Positions 41,915 to 51,113 of a stretch of 64,000 nt of DNA are shown here, piece after piece. The position numbers were made by a program, and so were the translations under genes. Source of the DNA: an uncultured Bacillota bacterium (GTDB lineage: Bacteria; Bacillota_I; Bacilli_A; RF39; UBA660). Below the pieces are notes generated by a model. The model had not been told where the DNA came from, did no database searches, and worked only from the letters and a program-made list of their open reading frames with translations. The stretch's first letter is position 1; the number at the start of each line of letters is the position of its first letter. The stretch lies in contig CANSWR010000001.1 in the NCBI GenBank assembly GCA_947650795.1, positions 64,398 through 128,397 of the forward strand. Direction: 5' to 3'.

Positions 41915-42508
41915 TCAGTTATTAATAGTTGGTCTCTGTGTTGTTCCATTAGGATTTTGATCATTATAGTATATATCTGACTCTCCTAAATCTGCATAAA
42001 GAAGTGCAGAAAAAGTTTTTCCTTGATTTTGATTTTGTACTACACCTGTCTCAGGTAATTCCATAGTTAAAGTGTATGTTACACTTTGAGCCTCATTGCT
42101 AGCTGGAAAAGTCTTACTAACTATAGTATATGACTTCTTTTCTCCTGTAGAATCTAAAACTAAAGTTCCTACTGCACCATCTGACACAGAATCAACTTTA
42201 GCAGTTAACTCTGGCATATCATTAGTATAATCTAATTTAATATAAACTGTCTGTTCAACAACAGAAGGTGCTACTGTAATAGAAAAAGTTTTACTCTCTT
42301 TCCACCCAGGTTCAATATCAGTAGAAGCAACAAAATCACTACCACCATCAAATGTTACTCCACCTATAGTACTTGTAGAAATTACAACATCTCCTGGATT
42401 TCCTTCTATACTACCAGTAAAATAAGCAAAAGAGACACCCACCGCTGTAACTAAAACAGTCATTATTGTTAATACACTTAAAACAATCTCATACTTCTTT
42501 CCACTCAT
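41915..42508 (-). CDS. TasA/camelysin-like secreted protein with SipW-cognate-type signal peptide (paralog 3)
   Basis: Signal region ...TAVGVSFAYFTGS. TasA-like segments IEPGWKESKTFSITV and C-terminal QGKTFSALLYADL. Confidence 0.6.
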   Translation of the reverse strand: MSGKKYEIVLSVLTIMTVLVTAVGVSFAYFTGSIEGNPGDVVISTSTIGGVTFDGGSDFVASTDIEPGWKESKTFSITVAPSVVEQTVYIKLDYTNDMPELTAKVDSVSDGAVGTLVLDSTGEKKSYTIVSKTFPASNEAQSVTYTLTMELPETGVVQNQNQGKTFSALLYADLGESDIYYNDQNPNGTTQRPTINN

Positions 42509-42534
42509 AATAAACCTTCTTTCTGCCTCACTTA

Positions 42535-43131
42535 TTAAAGATTAGGATCTCCTTTAGCAACTATCTTTCCTTTAAAACTCTTACCTTGTAAAAAGTCTTG
42601 AGAAACTCCACTCTCTGTCAACATAAGTTTCAATTCACAATTATGAGTTACTCCAGTATTTATCATACCAGTTCCTATATTAGTACTTACTGTAGGAACC
42701 TTTCTAGGACTAGATACTTTAACTAAAGTATTCTTCTCACTTTCATTAATTTCTTTCCCATCCTTAACACTTGTACATTCTAAAGTATACACAAAATTAG
42801 CGTCATTTATATAATTCTCTTCTATTTCCCAAGCTAAAGTATAATTAGCATATAAATTATCTTCTGTACTTGTATTAACTATTGAAAAATTTAAAGTATC
42901 ACTCCATCCTGGAAGAATATCTTCACCATTTATACTATCAGTAGTTTCAAACATAGCAAAAACCTGAGCACTCTTCAATACTGTTTCACCATTTTCTTCA
43001 TTACCAACTACATTAGCAATATAAGCTGCATATGTTGTTCCAACTGCAACTGCTATAAAAGATAAAACTGGAATAACTGCTATAATAATTTCTTTAATTT
43101 TTGAATTTTTATTCTTTTTCTCTTCTTCCAT
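42535..43131 (-). CDS. TasA/camelysin-like secreted protein (paralog 2)
   Basis: Signal AVGTTYAAYIAN. TasA-like segments ILPGWSDTLNFSIVN and C-terminal QGKSFKGKIVAKG. Confidence 0.55.
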   Translation of the reverse strand: MEEEKKNKNSKIKEIIIAVIPVLSFIAVAVGTTYAAYIANVVGNEENGETVLKSAQVFAMFETTDSINGEDILPGWSDTLNFSIVNTSTEDNLYANYTLAWEIEENYINDANFVYTLECTSVKDGKEINESEKNTLVKVSSPRKVPTVSTNIGTGMINTGVTHNCELKLMLTESGVSQDFLQGKSFKGKIVAKGDPNL

Positions 43132-43296
43132 ACTTTCACCATTATTCTAAACTAATATAATAATATCATTTTTCCCATAAAAAAACAACAGTTCCACCAA
43201 AATTTTACAAAATATATTAAACGCAAAAAAAGTTAGCCTAATCATCGCTAACTTAATTTTCTTATTAATATAGTAAATTACTATGTTAAACTATTC

Positions 43297-43935
43297 TTAT
43301 TGTACATTTGGTTTAGTAGTTGTTCCGCCTTGATTAGCATCGTTATAATAAACACCTTCTGCACTTTCTAAACCACAACTTACTGTAGCATTAAATCTCA
43401 TACCTTGTTGAGCATTTTGATCAGTACCAGTTTCTTTGAAAGTAATTGAATACTTCATAGTCTTAGACTCACCAGATTTTAATGTTCCCTCAGCAATTTT
43501 AATCTTTTGAGGAGTACCAGCTGGTGTTAGTTCAGTAGTACCATCTGTATCAAAAGTTGCATATTTAACTATTGGTAATCTCTTATCATTAGCAGTAGCA
43601 TCAATATTATCTCCATTTACATTTAAGAACATATCAATTACTTCATTCCCAGTTACTTCTAGATTACATACATAATTAACATCAAAATCAGATGTTCCTA
43701 AAGATACTGTAACATTTTTTTCTTCAGAAGTCTTACCAGGTAAGATACTAGTTAAATTCAAAGCATCAGCTGTATAACTAACTTTACCTAAAGTACCAGT
43801 TGTAGCTTGTACATCTGCACTATTTCCACTCATTGTTGTAGTGAAATACGCGAATGTAGCACCTATAATAGCAACTAATAAAGTAGCAATACCAATTACT
43901 GATAGAAAAATAGTTTGTCCTCTGTTATCGTTCAT
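43297..43935 (-). CDS. TasA/camelysin-like secreted protein with SipW-cognate-type signal (paralog 1)
   Basis: Signal IIGATFAYFTTT, which matches GGTFAYFSD-type SipW-cognate signals. TasA-like segments QATTGTLGKV and C-terminal QQGMRFNATV. RBS GGAGG. Confidence 0.6.
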   Translation of the reverse strand: MNDNRGQTIFLSVIGIATLLVAIIGATFAYFTTTMSGNSADVQATTGTLGKVSYTADALNLTSILPGKTSEEKNVTVSLGTSDFDVNYVCNLEVTGNEVIDMFLNVNGDNIDATANDKRLPIVKYATFDTDGTTELTPAGTPQKIKIAEGTLKSGESKTMKYSITFKETGTDQNAQQGMRFNATVSCGLESAEGVYYNDANQGGTTTKPNVQ

Positions 43936-44143
43936 AGTCCTTTACCTCCTTTACTATATACAATCATATCAAGACTTACTAATAAAAGCAAGAAAAAGTT
44001 CAAAAAAAACACGACATTTTACAACAATAAAACACAAATAACTATTAAATTATTACTAAATTTACTTATAATATTTTACATTTAACAAATTATAATAAAT
44101 AGTATATATTTTATACTTTTCGCTTTATTTTACTATTAAAAAA

Positions 44144-44158
44144 CTGCAAAATTTGCAG
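44144..44158 (-). terminator. Terminator after the 560-aa repeat protein
   Basis: Palindrome CTGCAAAATTTGCAG immediately after the stop, followed on the minus strand by a T-run. Confidence 0.5.
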
Positions 44159-44159
44159 C

Positions 44160-45842
44160 TTATCTAGTACCCACTTTTAATCTTCCAAAGAACACTTTTC
44201 CTATATCAAAACTTTGATCATTATTCATATTCTTAAATTCATAAGTAAATTCATAGTTATGTGTTTCTCCTGGATTAATAGTCACATTAGTGATTATCTT
44301 CTGTCCATTATTAGCAGAATATAATACTCTTCCCTTATCTGGAGCAATTAACTCCTGATTATTTCTCTTAACTCCAAAATAAGGTCTATTTTCATATGTA
44401 AAACTATTTACCATATCATCCCATTCAATATCATAAGAAATAACTTCACTAGTATTATTAGTAACTTTAAAAGATTTAGTAGCTTTCCATCCTGGAACCA
44501 TCTCTACTGACTTAGGCAGAACATCTAAATAATCTAAACTATAAGTTAATCCTTTTTCATTTATATTGGCATCTTTAACTACATTCATAGATGTATCAAT
44601 TAAATCTCTATCTGCTATTCTATCTTCATTAGTATCTAAATTAGCGTCTGCTTTTCCATCATCATTTAAGTCAATATTAATATCTGCTTTTCCGTCTCCG
44701 TCTATATCTATATTCAAATTCGGAATTCCATTTTTATCTAAATCACAATTTAAGAAACATTTTCCATTCGCTTCTTGATTCATTAAATTCTTATCTGGTT
44801 TTCCATCTCCATCTGTATCTATATTAATGTCTGCTTTTCCATCTTGATCATAATCCAAATTTAGATAATTTCCATCTCCCATACTTATATTAATATCTGC
44901 CTTGACATCTCCATCTGTATCACAATTCAAATCACACTTACCATCACCAGTGGTATCAATATTTATTTCAGCAAGTCCATCATTATTTGTATCTATGTTA
45001 ATATCTGCTTTTCCATCTCCATCTAAATCAACATTTATCACTGGAAAATAACCATCTTTTATTAAACAATTAAGAACACATTTTCCATCTGTTTCTTGAT
45101 TGACTAAATTTTCATCTGGTTTTCCATCTCCGTCTGTATCAAGTCCGAAAATAGCTTTTTCATAATCATTTCCATATGTAACATTAACATCTGGTTTACC
45201 ATCGTTATTTGTATCTATGTTAATATCTGCCTTGCCATCTCCATCTGTATCTATATTTACCTGTGCTGTTCTTAACCCTAAAACATCACAATTTAAATCA
45301 CACTTTCCGTTTCCATTCTTATCTAAATTAATTCTAGCAACACCTGTTCCAGAAAAATCTAAATTAGTATCAGGATATCCATCTCTATTTGTATCACAAT
45401 TTATATCACATTTCCCATCATTATTTGTATCTTGATTAACTAAATTTTTATCCGCTTTTCCGTCTCCATTTGTATCTATATTAAAAAATGAAATTAAAGT
45501 CTTCTTATAACCTATATTAATATTTGGCTTATTATCTCCATCTGTATCACAATTAACATTACACTTGCCATCTCCATTTATATCTACATTTAAGTCTGGC
45601 CATCCATCTCCATCTGTATCTATATTAACGGCAAGAGATTTTCTAGCTTGAAAATAATTGATTATGACCACAGTAGTAGCAATAGTAGCACCTATAAATA
45701 TTAGCAAAGCAAAAATCATCATAACTTTTTGCTTACCTCTCTGTCTCTTATTCTTAGGATCTTTAAAATATAACCTTTCTTCTTCTATGATTCTTCTTTT
45801 CTCTTCTTCTCTTCTTATATCTTCATATCTTTCTCTATTCAT
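44160..45842 (-). CDS. Signal-anchored cell-surface protein with TSP3-like Ca-binding Asp repeats and a C-terminal TasA-like domain
   Basis: Charged cytoplasmic N-terminus, one TM helix (MMIFALLIFIGATIATTVVIINYF), about 30 DxDGDGKxDxNxD repeats, and a C-terminal domain with VPGWKATKSFKV...GKVFFGRLKV. It has its own TTGATT-17-TATCAT promoter and a GGAGA RBS. Confidence 0.8.
   Translation of the reverse strand: MNRERYEDIRREEEKRRIIEEERLYFKDPKNKRQRGKQKVMMIFALLIFIGATIATTVVIINYFQARKSLAVNIDTDGDGWPDLNVDINGDGKCNVNCDTDGDNKPNINIGYKKTLISFFNIDTNGDGKADKNLVNQDTNNDGKCDINCDTNRDGYPDTNLDFSGTGVARINLDKNGNGKCDLNCDVLGLRTAQVNIDTDGDGKADINIDTNNDGKPDVNVTYGNDYEKAIFGLDTDGDGKPDENLVNQETDGKCVLNCLIKDGYFPVINVDLDGDGKADINIDTNNDGLAEINIDTTGDGKCDLNCDTDGDVKADINISMGDGNYLNLDYDQDGKADINIDTDGDGKPDKNLMNQEANGKCFLNCDLDKNGIPNLNIDIDGDGKADINIDLNDDGKADANLDTNEDRIADRDLIDTSMNVVKDANINEKGLTYSLDYLDVLPKSVEMVPGWKATKSFKVTNNTSEVISYDIEWDDMVNSFTYENRPYFGVKRNNQELIAPDKGRVLYSANNGQKIITNVTINPGETHNYEFTYEFKNMNNDQSFDIGKVFFGRLKVGTR
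44640..45640. repeat. Degenerate tandem repeats encoding Asp-rich TSP3-like units within the 560-aa gene
   Basis: Periodic GATACAGATGGAGATGG-type units. They produce spurious plus-strand Ser/Phe/Pro-rich ORFs in the track. Confidence 0.7.
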
Positions 45843-45979
45843 ATTCTCTTCTCCTATTATCTAATATAAATGATAACATAAACAAATTGTTAAATCAAAT
45901 GAAAAGATTACTACTTATCATAAATTTTACGAACTAATTTATACAAAAAGAACTGCTATAATTAATAGCAATTCTAATA

Positions 45980-48900
45980 TTAATTCATTGTATCTACTCT
46001 AAGTTTAGCACTAAATGTCTTATCTTTATCAACATCTTGATTAAATTCCGTATTTCTAAACTCATAAGTTATTGTATAAACGTGAACCTCTCCAGGTTGA
46101 ATAGAAACATTTTCAACTAAACTCTTACCTTGATCAATATTTCTAGGAACTCTAGCAGTTTGAATATCTGCCACTACATTTCCATTTCTTGATAAACCAT
46201 AATATAAATTATTAGTTTCTGTAAATGTATTTATTATATTTGTCCAACTTATTTTATATTTAAGAACAGATGTACTATTATTCATAATAATAAATGTTTT
46301 ACTTCCTGTCCATCCAGGTACTAAGGCATTACTATTTAATTGACTTGTATCAACAAATTTCAACTGGCCAAGTATTACTTCCTCATCATCGCATTTTTCA
46401 TCACACTCGCCATCTCCGTCTGTGTCACATTCTTTAGTACAGTTTCCAGCATCGTCATAGCAGTTATAATCACATATTCCGTCCCCATCTGTATCACAAT
46501 TCTTCGTACACATATTAGGTTTATCTGGATTTTCATAGCAATTCAAGTCACAGACTCCATCTCCATTTGTATCACAATTCTTTGTACATACTCCTGGGTT
46601 ATCTGGATCATTATGACAATTTACGTCACAGACACCATCTCCATCAGTGTCACAGTTCTTTGTACATAAATCTGGTCTGTCTGGGTTTTCATGACAATTT
46701 CTATCACAGACTCCATCTTTATTATCATCACAATCATTCTGACAAGTACAGTTTCTATCACAAATTCCGTCTCCGTTATCATCACAATTTTTAGTACACA
46801 CATCTGGATTATCTGGATTTTCATTACAATTTAAGTCACAGACTCCGTCTCCATCTAAATCACAGTTCTTTGTACATACTCCTGGTTTGTCTGGATTTTC
46901 ATTACAATTTACATCACATTTTCCATCTCCATCTGTATCACAGTTCTTTGTACACACTCCTGGCTTATTTGGGTCTTCATAACAGTTTCTATCACAAATT
47001 CCATCTCCGTTGTCATCACAATTCTTTGTACATACTCCTGGTTTATTAGGGTCATCATAACAATTTACATCACAAACACCATCCCCATTTGTGTCACAAT
47101 TCTTTGTACATACTCCTGGTTTATTTGGGTCTTCATAACAGTTTCTATCACAGACTCCATCTCCGTTGTCATCACAATTCTTTGTACATACTCCTGGTTT
47201 ATTTGGATCATTATGACAATTCACATCACAAATTCCATCTCCATTTGTATCACAATTCTTTGTACATACATCTGGTCTATTTGGATCTTCATAACAGTTT
47301 CTATCACAGATTCCATCTTTATTATCATCACAATTTATTTTACAATAGCAATTTCTATCACAAATTCCGTCTCCGTTATCATCGCAATTTTCCTTACAAG
47401 TACAATTTACATCACAAATTCCATCTCCATTTGTGTCACAATTCTTTGTACATACTCCTGGTTTATTTGGGTCTTCATAACAGTTCATATCACAGATGCC
47501 ATCTCCATTGTTATCACAATTTTTAGTACATACTCCTGGTTTACTTGGATCTTCATAGCAGTTTACATCACATTTTCCGTCTCCATCTGTATCACAATTT
47601 TTAGTACACACATTTGGTTTATTCGGATTTTCATAACAATCTACATCACATTTTCCGTCTCCATCTGTATCACAATTCTTTGTACATACTCCTGGTTTAC
47701 TTGGATCTTCATAACAGTTTAAATCACAAATTCCATCTCCATTATTATCACAATTCTTTGTACATACATCTGGTTTTTTAGGGTCTTCATAACAATTTAC
47801 ATCGCATTTTCCATCCCCATTTGTATCACAGTTTTTAATACATTTATCATTATTATCATAACAATTTTTATCACATTTATCATCGCCGTTAATGTCACAG
47901 TTTTTATCACACTTTCCGTCTCCGTCTGTATCACAATTCAAATCACACTTGCCATCTTTATCTGTATCACAATTTAAGTCGCACTTTCCGTCTCCGTTTG
48001 TATCCAAATTCATATCTGGCTTTCCGTCTCCATCTGTGTCACAGTTTAAATCACAAATTCCGTCTCCATCTGTATCTTGGTTAGTAAGATTATCATCTGG
48101 TTTTCCATCTTTATCTGTATCACAGTTATAGTCACATACTCCATCATTATCTACATCTATATTTATATCTGGTTTTCCATCCCCATCTACATCTATATTT
48201 GTATCTGGCCATTCATCTCCATTTGTGTCACAGTTTAAATCACATACTCCGTCTCCATTTGTATCTTGATTTATTGGATTTCTATCTGGTTTTCCATCTC
48301 CGTTTGTATCAACATTTACATCTGGTTTTCCGTCCCCATCTATATCTAAATTCATATCTGGTAACTTATTCCCATTTGTATCTATATTTGTATCTGGTTT
48401 CCCATCTCCATCTATATCACAGTTATAATTACAGTTTCCAGTTCCATCAGTATTACAGTTTAAGTCACACTTTCCGTCTCCGTCTGTATCTATATTAATA
48501 TCTGGTTTTCCATCTCCATCTAAATCCAAATTAGTATCTGGCCATCCATCTTTATCTGTATCACAATTCAAATCGCACTTGCCATCTCCATTTGTATCCT
48601 GATTTACAAGATTTTTATCTGGTTTTCCATCTCCATCTGTATCTATATTAAATATTGGTTTATCATCAGGATCTCCTTTTATAGAAATATTAATATCTGG
48701 TTTTCCATCTCCATTTGTATCACAATTGACATCACACTTTCCGTCTCCGTTTGTATCTATGTTTAAATCTGGTTTCATATCTCCATCTAAATCACAGTTC
48801 AAATCACATTTTCCGTCTCCATCTGTGTCTATATTAATATCTACCTTGCCATCTCCATCTAAATCCAAATTAGTATCTGGCCATCCATCATTATCTATAT

Positions 48901-49348
48901 CACAGTTCAAATCACACTTTCCATCTCCATCTGTGTCTTGATTCATTAAATTCCAATCTGGTTTTCCATCTCCATTTGTATCAACATTAAATATAGCTGC
49001 ATGTAACTTTCCAAATTTAGGATAACTTATATTAATATCTGGTTTTCCATCTCCATCTGTATCACAGTTTACATCACATTTTCCATCATTATCTAAATCT
49101 ATATTTAAGTCTGGCCATCCATCCCCATTCAAATCAACATTAAGTTTATAAGTATTATTTCTAATATAATTAACAATAGACCAAGTTCCAAAAGCAGTAA
49201 GTCCTAAAAGTATAACAAAAAATATAAATATTAAAATAAATCTTTTTTTCTTCTCATCCTTTGTCTCAGCCATCTCATAATAAAGGCCATCCTCTTCTAT
49301 AATTTTTTTCTCTTCCTCAGTATAAGGGTCTCTTTTTACACTCTTCAT
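45980..49348 (-). CDS. Giant (1122 aa) signal-anchored surface protein: TSP3-like Asp repeats, about 20 Cys-rich 26-aa modules, and a C-terminal TasA-like domain
   Basis: Cytoplasmic N-terminus and TM helix (FILIFIFFVILLGLTAFGTWSIV). DxDGDGKPDxNxD repeats. The repeated module CTKNCDTNGDGICDVNCYEDPNKPGV. C-terminal ALVPGWTGSKTFII...DKTFSAKLRV. The terminator is a TGCTAT...ATAGCA hairpin. Confidence 0.85.
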   Translation of the reverse strand: MKSVKRDPYTEEEKKIIEEDGLYYEMAETKDEKKKRFILIFIFFVILLGLTAFGTWSIVNYIRNNTYKLNVDLNGDGWPDLNIDLDNDGKCDVNCDTDGDGKPDINISYPKFGKLHAAIFNVDTNGDGKPDWNLMNQDTDGDGKCDLNCDIDNDGWPDTNLDLDGDGKVDINIDTDGDGKCDLNCDLDGDMKPDLNIDTNGDGKCDVNCDTNGDGKPDINISIKGDPDDKPIFNIDTDGDGKPDKNLVNQDTNGDGKCDLNCDTDKDGWPDTNLDLDGDGKPDINIDTDGDGKCDLNCNTDGTGNCNYNCDIDGDGKPDTNIDTNGNKLPDMNLDIDGDGKPDVNVDTNGDGKPDRNPINQDTNGDGVCDLNCDTNGDEWPDTNIDVDGDGKPDINIDVDNDGVCDYNCDTDKDGKPDDNLTNQDTDGDGICDLNCDTDGDGKPDMNLDTNGDGKCDLNCDTDKDGKCDLNCDTDGDGKCDKNCDINGDDKCDKNCYDNNDKCIKNCDTNGDGKCDVNCYEDPKKPDVCTKNCDNNGDGICDLNCYEDPSKPGVCTKNCDTDGDGKCDVDCYENPNKPNVCTKNCDTDGDGKCDVNCYEDPSKPGVCTKNCDNNGDGICDMNCYEDPNKPGVCTKNCDTNGDGICDVNCTCKENCDDNGDGICDRNCYCKINCDDNKDGICDRNCYEDPNRPDVCTKNCDTNGDGICDVNCHNDPNKPGVCTKNCDDNGDGVCDRNCYEDPNKPGVCTKNCDTNGDGVCDVNCYDDPNKPGVCTKNCDDNGDGICDRNCYEDPNKPGVCTKNCDTDGDGKCDVNCNENPDKPGVCTKNCDLDGDGVCDLNCNENPDNPDVCTKNCDDNGDGICDRNCTCQNDCDDNKDGVCDRNCHENPDRPDLCTKNCDTDGDGVCDVNCHNDPDNPGVCTKNCDTNGDGVCDLNCYENPDKPNMCTKNCDTDGDGICDYNCYDDAGNCTKECDTDGDGECDEKCDDEEVILGQLKFVDTSQLNSNALVPGWTGSKTFIIMNNSTSVLKYKISWTNIINTFTETNNLYYGLSRNGNVVADIQTARVPRNIDQGKSLVENVSIQPGEVHVYTITYEFRNTEFNQDVDKDKTFSAKLRVDTMN
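46400..47950. repeat. Near-identical 78-nt tandem DNA repeats (about 20 copies) encoding the Cys-rich TSP3-like modules
   Basis: Visible periodicity, for example ...CAATTCTTTGTACATACTCCTGGTTTATTTGGGTCTTCATAACAGTTTCTATCACAGACTCCATCTCC... recurring every 78 nt. Spurious plus-strand ORFs at 46340-46669, 47089-47526 and 47213-47722 derive from these repeats. Confidence 0.85.
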
Positions 49349-49417
49349 AAATCCTCCCTAGTATCTAACATAAATAATATCACAATAATACGCTTAAATC
49401 AAACAAAAAGAGTAAAT

Positions 49418-50470
49418 CTATACACCATTACTCTTATTTTTTTTACACAATTTATCATAAATTATATTTAACAATATAAATAACCCAGTAACAATAACAA
49501 ATAAATAAAAACTTAACCCCCTACTAATAAGCATTGCACTACCAAGAATTGATGTAGGAAACAAAGACTTAAACATTAACATAAATGCCCCTTCACTAGC
49601 GCCCACAGTTCCTGGCATAGGCATATAAGAAACAGCCATACTAAGAGAAGCTTGTAAAAACACAAATGTAAAAAAGTTTTCTCCTTGTAAACCTAAAGAC
49701 TTAAAAACAAAATAAGGAACACTATAATACAAAATCATCTGAACTAAAGTTGTTAAAAAGATTTTAAATAGAATTAGTTTATGATTTTTTAAATAAACTG
49801 AACATTCATGATACTCATCTATTTGCTTCAAGCATTTATCATAAAATAAATCACTTTTTTTATAATGAATTTTCTTTAATATTTTATAAACTAAATTAAT
49901 TATCTTTGTAACACTAACCTTAGAAAAAATCATCATAATCAAGAAAGTTAAATAAAGAATATTAATAATCATTCCCAAAAACATAAAATATTTCATACTA
50001 CTAACAGAATTCATAAGTATATCAAAATTAATAATTAATCCTGTTAAAGATAACACACATAGTACTGCTTGAAAACTAGAAAGTTCTACTAACAAAGCAA
50101 GAGCACTATGAGAAATAGAAAGACCATCTTTAGCCATAAAATACAACTGAGCAGGATCTCCACCAGTTGAAGATGGAGTTATAGAACTAAAAAAGAATCC
50201 AACACATGCGTACTTAAACGATGATATAAAACTGACATCATGTCCTGTAGTTTTTAAAACTCTTCTAATGTTAATCCCCTCTCCACTTATAAAAGCAAAC
50301 ATACATAAAATTCCTATAAAAATAAACTTAAAATCAGTCTTATAAATATTATTAAGTATCAAATTAATATCATGATTTTTAAACACAACAAAAAAAGTAC
50401 AACTAACACACAGAAAAAATAACAATAAGTAAACTATTCTAACCTTTCTACTTTTCATCATAACTATCAA
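49418..50470 (-). CDS. Flippase-like / LPG_synthase_TM (UPF0104) family membrane protein
   Basis: 350 aa, polytopic, with TPSSTGGDPAQLYFMAKDG. This family is commonly linked to glycolipid glycosyltransferases. Confidence 0.6.
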   Translation of the reverse strand: MIVMMKSRKVRIVYLLLFFLCVSCTFFVVFKNHDINLILNNIYKTDFKFIFIGILCMFAFISGEGINIRRVLKTTGHDVSFISSFKYACVGFFFSSITPSSTGGDPAQLYFMAKDGLSISHSALALLVELSSFQAVLCVLSLTGLIINFDILMNSVSSMKYFMFLGMIINILYLTFLIMMIFSKVSVTKIINLVYKILKKIHYKKSDLFYDKCLKQIDEYHECSVYLKNHKLILFKIFLTTLVQMILYYSVPYFVFKSLGLQGENFFTFVFLQASLSMAVSYMPMPGTVGASEGAFMLMFKSLFPTSILGSAMLISRGLSFYLFVIVTGLFILLNIIYDKLCKKNKSNGV

Positions 50471-51113
50471 GTCTCCTAAAATTATAACCTCTTTCCAACA
50501 AAATAGGCAAAGCTTTTTCTAAAGCTTTTAACGTTCTATAAGGAGCATTATTTTTTCCTCTTCCATCATGCAAACATATAATATCTCCTCCACGAACTCT
50601 ATTAATAATTCTTGTTTTTATTTCATTCTCACTAATATTAGCACGCCAATCCTCTGCCATAACATTCCAAAAAACTAATTTTAATTTATACTTACTAACA
50701 AAATACAAACTAAATAAATTTATATTACCCCAAGGTGGTCTATAAAACTTTAAATCTTTTAAAACTCTTGTACTATCTCTAAAATCTTTAAAAGTTCTAA
50801 AAAATCCCATAAACCATGCATTTTTATGTTTTAAAGAATGAATACCTATTAAATGTCCTTCATGATACATTCTTTCTATTAAATCCTTATTTTTTAAAGC
50901 AAAATCTCCTACCACAAAGAAAGTACATTTAATATCATATTTCTTTAACAAATCTAATATATGATTAGTATATATACTAGGACCATCATCAAACGTCAAA
51001 TACAAATTATTTCCATTTTTAGGACGTTTTAACTTATAAAATAACTTATAAAAATACGTTGGAATTACATCATATATTATAAATAGAACAATAACTATTA
51101 TAACCCACTTCAT
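50448..51113 (-). CDS. Polysaccharide deacetylase (CE4, NodB homology)
   Basis: LTFDDGPS motif, His-rich motifs (HSLKH, HDGRG) and an N-terminal TM helix. Confidence 0.8.
   Translation of the reverse strand: MKWVIIVIVLFIIYDVIPTYFYKLFYKLKRPKNGNNLYLTFDDGPSIYTNHILDLLKKYDIKCTFFVVGDFALKNKDLIERMYHEGHLIGIHSLKHKNAWFMGFFRTFKDFRDSTRVLKDLKFYRPPWGNINLFSLYFVSKYKLKLVFWNVMAEDWRANISENEIKTRIINRVRGGDIICLHDGRGKNNAPYRTLKALEKALPILLERGYNFRRLDSYDEK

Noticed and set aside
44566-45864. Plus-strand ORFs 44566-44778, 45217-45435 and 45658-45864
   Set aside because: Antisense artefacts of the Asp-codon (GAT/GAC) repeats in the 560-aa gene, which read as Ser/Pro/Phe-rich on the opposite strand.
46340-47722. Plus-strand ORFs (46340-46669, 46567-46794, 47089-47526, 47213-47722, 47892-48131, 48199-48498, 48726-48941) with odd His/Tyr/Ser/Ile-rich translations
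   Set aside because: They lie antisense inside the 1122-aa gene. They are open only because the 78-nt tandem repeats lack stop codons in several frames. They have no RBS and their composition is non-protein-like.
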